Source: an uncultured Verrucomicrobiales bacterium
GTDB lineage: Bacteria; Verrucomicrobiota; Verrucomicrobiia; Verrucomicrobiales; DEV007
Direction: 5' to 3'
Length of the DNA: 20,202 bases
NCBI GenBank assembly: GCA_938091905.1
Contig: CALKOM010000118.1
Coordinates: 1-20,202, forward strand
The notes beneath the pieces are model-generated. The model was not told where the DNA came from and searched no databases. It worked only from the letters and a program-made list of their open reading frames with translations. This document shows, one piece after another, positions 17,461 to 20,202 of this stretch; positions within the stretch are counted from its first letter, which is position 1; each line of letters begins with the position of its first letter. The translations under genes and the position numbers were made by a program.

Positions 17461-17656
17461 CGCAGAGGAAGTTGCCGTGGAGCCCCCAGGTTTCCGATCG
17501 CCTAACATGGTAGAGGTGGCTCGGATGGCAGAGTGATCAGGTTTTGTCGTCTCCCAGCAAGCCCGTCACAAGCAATGGAAACGCCCAACACTGCCGGTGT
17601 TTCCATTGTATTCCCATGATCGGTTAATCGTCTTACTCAAGAGGTCATCTGCCTTA

Positions 17657-18940
17657 TCAGGGAGCTTCGCGAACGAGCCGAATCTCGCGCACATCCATGA
17701 CAGCACCTTTCGACTTCTTGTGGGCGCCAACAGTCAAAGTGTTCATTCCTGCCGATAGCGTGAGTTTACCCAGCGTACGGGTGCGGAAGTTCTGGAAGTG
17801 CCCGGTATCCTGAACGGTAAAGGTAAGCTCTTGCCCACTCGAAGACACGTAAGCTGAACTTCCGCCGTGGCCTTTGCCACACCCCTGGTCAATCTCGACA
17901 TCAAACGTGCCTGCCGTCTCGATTTCAAAGACCCACTCAGCCCGATCATCTTCATTGGCCCAGAATCCCAGGCAGAGCTTCTTCGGGTTGGGTTCATATC
18001 GAAGCACCTGGCCAAACACGGTCGCATCGCGACTGTGCAAGACCACCTTCCCATCGGATTCTGCTAGATCGCTGCTCCCTTCTGGCGCAGGAATGAGCGA
18101 GATCGCGCGAAGCTCGGGCTCGGCATCTTTACAAGTGAGACTGACTGGATAGTCAACCGGCTTTGCGAAATAGACCCGTCGGCCAATGTGAGATTCCGCT
18201 GTCGATTTCCCTAACAAAGTAAGCGTCGACTCCTTGGGAGGAATAGCCGCAAAGTGGGCTTTCACTTGATACATCCCCCAGCGTTTCATCGGAAGCGTCC
18301 AAGCATACTTGGCACTTTCATAAGTCGACATCCCTTTCGGCAACCAAAGAGTGCCGTCCTGGCTTCGTTGCACGTTGTGTTGCAGCCCCTCTTGCAGGCG
18401 CACCAGGAAGACATGGCGATCGTCACCCGTGAGCTTCAGCTCAAAGTTGCTGTCGGCAATCCCGTTAGTGGATTTGTGGGAACCATACAGGCGCGCCTTC
18501 CCGTCTGACACACTACTTAGGAGTGACGAGTGCCCGAACCAGCTCCCTTCCTCGTTCTGCTTCCAGTATTGCACGAAATCCCCCACCCTTGCCTCACTCG
18601 GCTCAACGCGAGTCGCGACTTGCATGAGATCGACCAGCGCATGGGCGAGCCCAGACACCTTTGGATCTTTGCCATCAGCCGCCTTCGCCTGGACCTCCTC
18701 TGCAGACCACCCGTGGTGAATGGCAATGGTCTGGCGTTCGACGGCCGTCAGTGGTCTCCCCACTTCTTTCGCGATGACGACTTCCATGAATTGAACGCAA
18801 TCAATCGTCTTCTTTCTGGCAGCGTTTCCATAGGTCCAGCCCTTGAAGGTGTCGGCAGCCAGAGCCTTCGCCGTTTCCAGCGGCGTGGCCTGCAAGGCGG
18901 CGGGAGCGAGGACTGCGATGGCAAAAAGGACCCATTTCAT
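17657..18940 (-). CDS. Secreted protein with N-terminal NlpC/P60-like (Cys-His) domain and C-terminal CBM-like beta-sandwich module(s)
   Basis: Signal peptide MKWVLFAIAVLAPAALQA; WTYG...IDCVQF (Cys48), VGDFVQYW, GHS (His137); C-terminal LRYEPNPKKLCLGFW...AEWVF...GTFDVEIDQGCGKG...VQDTGHFQNF...MDVREIRL module resembling DUF5077/CBM6-35-like domains. The ORF is secure; the domain labels are by eye. Confidence 0.75.
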   Translation of the reverse strand: MKWVLFAIAVLAPAALQATPLETAKALAADTFKGWTYGNAARKKTIDCVQFMEVVIAKEVGRPLTAVERQTIAIHHGWSAEEVQAKAADGKDPKVSGLAHALVDLMQVATRVEPSEARVGDFVQYWKQNEEGSWFGHSSLLSSVSDGKARLYGSHKSTNGIADSNFELKLTGDDRHVFLVRLQEGLQHNVQRSQDGTLWLPKGMSTYESAKYAWTLPMKRWGMYQVKAHFAAIPPKESTLTLLGKSTAESHIGRRVYFAKPVDYPVSLTCKDAEPELRAISLIPAPEGSSDLAESDGKVVLHSRDATVFGQVLRYEPNPKKLCLGFWANEDDRAEWVFEIETAGTFDVEIDQGCGKGHGGSSAYVSSSGQELTFTVQDTGHFQNFRTRTLGKLTLSAGMNTLTVGAHKKSKGAVMDVREIRLVREAP

Positions 18941-18946
18941 GTTCTC

Positions 18947-18975
18947 AAACTAGAACCGGGAAGACAACGCGTCGA
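18947..18975 (-). promoter_or_regulatory. Putative sigma70 promoter, leaderless geometry
   Basis: Minus strand: TCGACG-N17-TAGTTT-N6-ATG(18940); no Shine-Dalgarno. Confidence 0.5.
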
Positions 18976-18981
18976 TCTTTC

Positions 18982-19010
18982 TTGAAATGCTAAAAACCCA
19001 GCATTAAGCT
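18982..19010 (+). promoter_or_regulatory. Putative sigma70 promoter, leaderless geometry, with a dyad across the spacer
   Basis: TTGAAA-N17-TAAGCT-N6-ATG(19017); AATGCT-N8-AGCATT at 18986-19005. Confidence 0.55.
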
Positions 19011-19016
19011 CAGCTC

Positions 19017-19721
19017 ATGAAGGCTCCTCGTCTACCCCGGTGGCTGGTGAAATCCGTCATTGTCCTGACAATGCTCATCGTCCTGGCAGGCATCTGCTTG
19101 GTCTTGTTTCTCAAACCCTATAAGGACCGTGCCGCCAGCATGGATCTTGCACTGATCTCAGACTCCCCAGGAATTGCCTATAAGCGCCTCCCTCAGCACT
19201 TGGTCGATGCTCTCGTCGCTGCCGAGGACAACCGCTTCTTCGATCATGGCGGACTTGATATGAAAGGCATCTGCCGCGCATCGATCGTCAACTTACGCAC
19301 CAAGAGCAAAGCCCAAGGTGCCTCCACCATCACGCAACAGCTTGCCCGACAATCGTTCGGCCTTCTCGACAAGACCATGGATCGTAAGTTCGTCGAGGCC
19401 TTCCTCGCGCTGCGGATAGAGGACAACTTCAATAAGAAGACCATCCTATCCAAATACCTAAGCCTGATCTATTTCGGAGGTGGCTACTACGGCATCGAGA
19501 GTGCTGCAGGTGGCTACTTTGACAAAGGTGTCGAGGAGCTCTCCATCTCTGAAGCCGCCACGCTGGCCGGAGTCATCAAAGCCCCGAGTATGCTTGAGCT
19601 TCGCAAATACCCTGACCGCGCCCTCAAAGCCCGGAACACGGTCCTCGCTCGGATGGCCGATGAAAACTATCTAACGGAAGACGAAGCCACAGATCTTCAA
19701 TCCAGCTCGCTCCTGCCCTGA
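19017..19721 (+). CDS. Stand-alone peptidoglycan transglycosylase (GT51 domain, no transpeptidase)
   Basis: N-terminal TM helix; EDNRFFDHGG, QGASTITQQLA, RKFVE, YLSLIYFG, GIESAA, LAGVIKAP, RNTVLARM; stop directly after the domain. Confidence 0.93.
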   Translation: MKAPRLPRWLVKSVIVLTMLIVLAGICLVLFLKPYKDRAASMDLALISDSPGIAYKRLPQHLVDALVAAEDNRFFDHGGLDMKGICRASIVNLRTKSKAQGASTITQQLARQSFGLLDKTMDRKFVEAFLALRIEDNFNKKTILSKYLSLIYFGGGYYGIESAAGGYFDKGVEELSISEAATLAGVIKAPSMLELRKYPDRALKARNTVLARMADENYLTEDEATDLQSSSLLP

Positions 19722-20001
19722 GAAGAATGGTACCATGAAGCTCGCCCACATTGGCTCAATGACGCTTCTGGTCATGGCGTCTTATACGACGACCAAGCCA
19801 ACGTCAACACGAGCACCAACATTGCCTTCCCATCTTCCCCTGCCAAGGGGCACTTACGTCTCCCGGCCTCATTCCATTCGCCTCGTCAGTCCAGGCAAAT
19901 CGAAAGATCTGATGCCCAGCAAGTGCCTGATTCTTAGGTCCATCGAGCGCCGGTCGTCTCCCCACCCTTGGAATTTGTGCGTCGCCACTAAGAGAGTCAT
20001 G

Positions 20002-20075
20002 TAGAGCAACTTTCTTAAATTGTTGATAGTCAACGGGTTGCCTTCCAGCATGAACTTTGAAAAGTTGTTCCACTA
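20002..20075. repeat. Short element with imperfect inverted ends (possible MITE remnant)
   Basis: Left end tagagcaactttc; right end reverse-complements to tagtggaacaacttttcaaagtt. Both resemble tagagcaacttttcaaagtt at 8226-8245. Confidence 0.3.
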
Positions 20076-20202
20076 AAATCCCGGGCTCTCTGTCCTTGAA
20101 TCAGCTCCTGTTAGATTCAACATGAACGGACGGCATGGACACGCCCGATCATCAATCGCACCAGACATCTTCGCGTTCGGCAGGAAACTCGACCGAAGGC
20201 GT

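Noticed and set aside
598..19674. Numerous 60-150-aa ORFs antisense to or nested in the long genes
   Set aside because: Shadow ORFs expected at this GC content; Arg/Ser/Pro-rich and motif-free.
19722..19937. Read-through of the GT51 TGA into a transpeptidase domain
   Set aside because: The frame stays open for 71 codons but shows no PBP transpeptidase features and is far too short.
19735..20004. Lipoprotein-like ORF MKLAHIGSMTLLVMASYTTT
   Set aside because: Tyr sits where the lipobox Cys would be and the rest is low-information. It may be a remnant, but I cannot support a call.

Overview
Bacterial genomic DNA, most likely from a verrucomicrobium (inferred from the protein families and C-terminal motifs; no marker gene is present). 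Nine genes look intact: a YedJ-like HD phosphohydrolase (runs off the left edge), a Tat-exported Gfo/Idh/MocA oxidoreductase, a secreted BNR/Asp-box sialidase-like propeller, a YchJ protein, a Cys-type sulfatase, a fused BadF/MurK-type sugar kinase plus MurQ etherase, a 1263-aa lamin-tail/CotH kinase protein, a secreted NlpC/P60-like plus CBM-like protein, and a divergent stand-alone GT51 transglycosylase. Together they cover only about 61% of the window. Much of the rest is decayed gene debris with in-frame stops, frameshifts and deletions (a 2-kb surface protein, an ankyrin protein, an ECF sigma fragment, a membrane protein and others). The most notable signals are: a ~70-aa C-terminal domain shared by two unrelated secreted proteins (candidate export/sorting signal); a back-to-back peptidoglycan hydrolase-like/polymerase pair with leaderless-type promoters; the kinase-MurQ fusion; and a 143-bp element bounded by a perfect 30-bp inverted repeat. 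I saw no rRNA, tRNA, CRISPR array or transposase. Family assignments are from motif recognition only; no searches were run.
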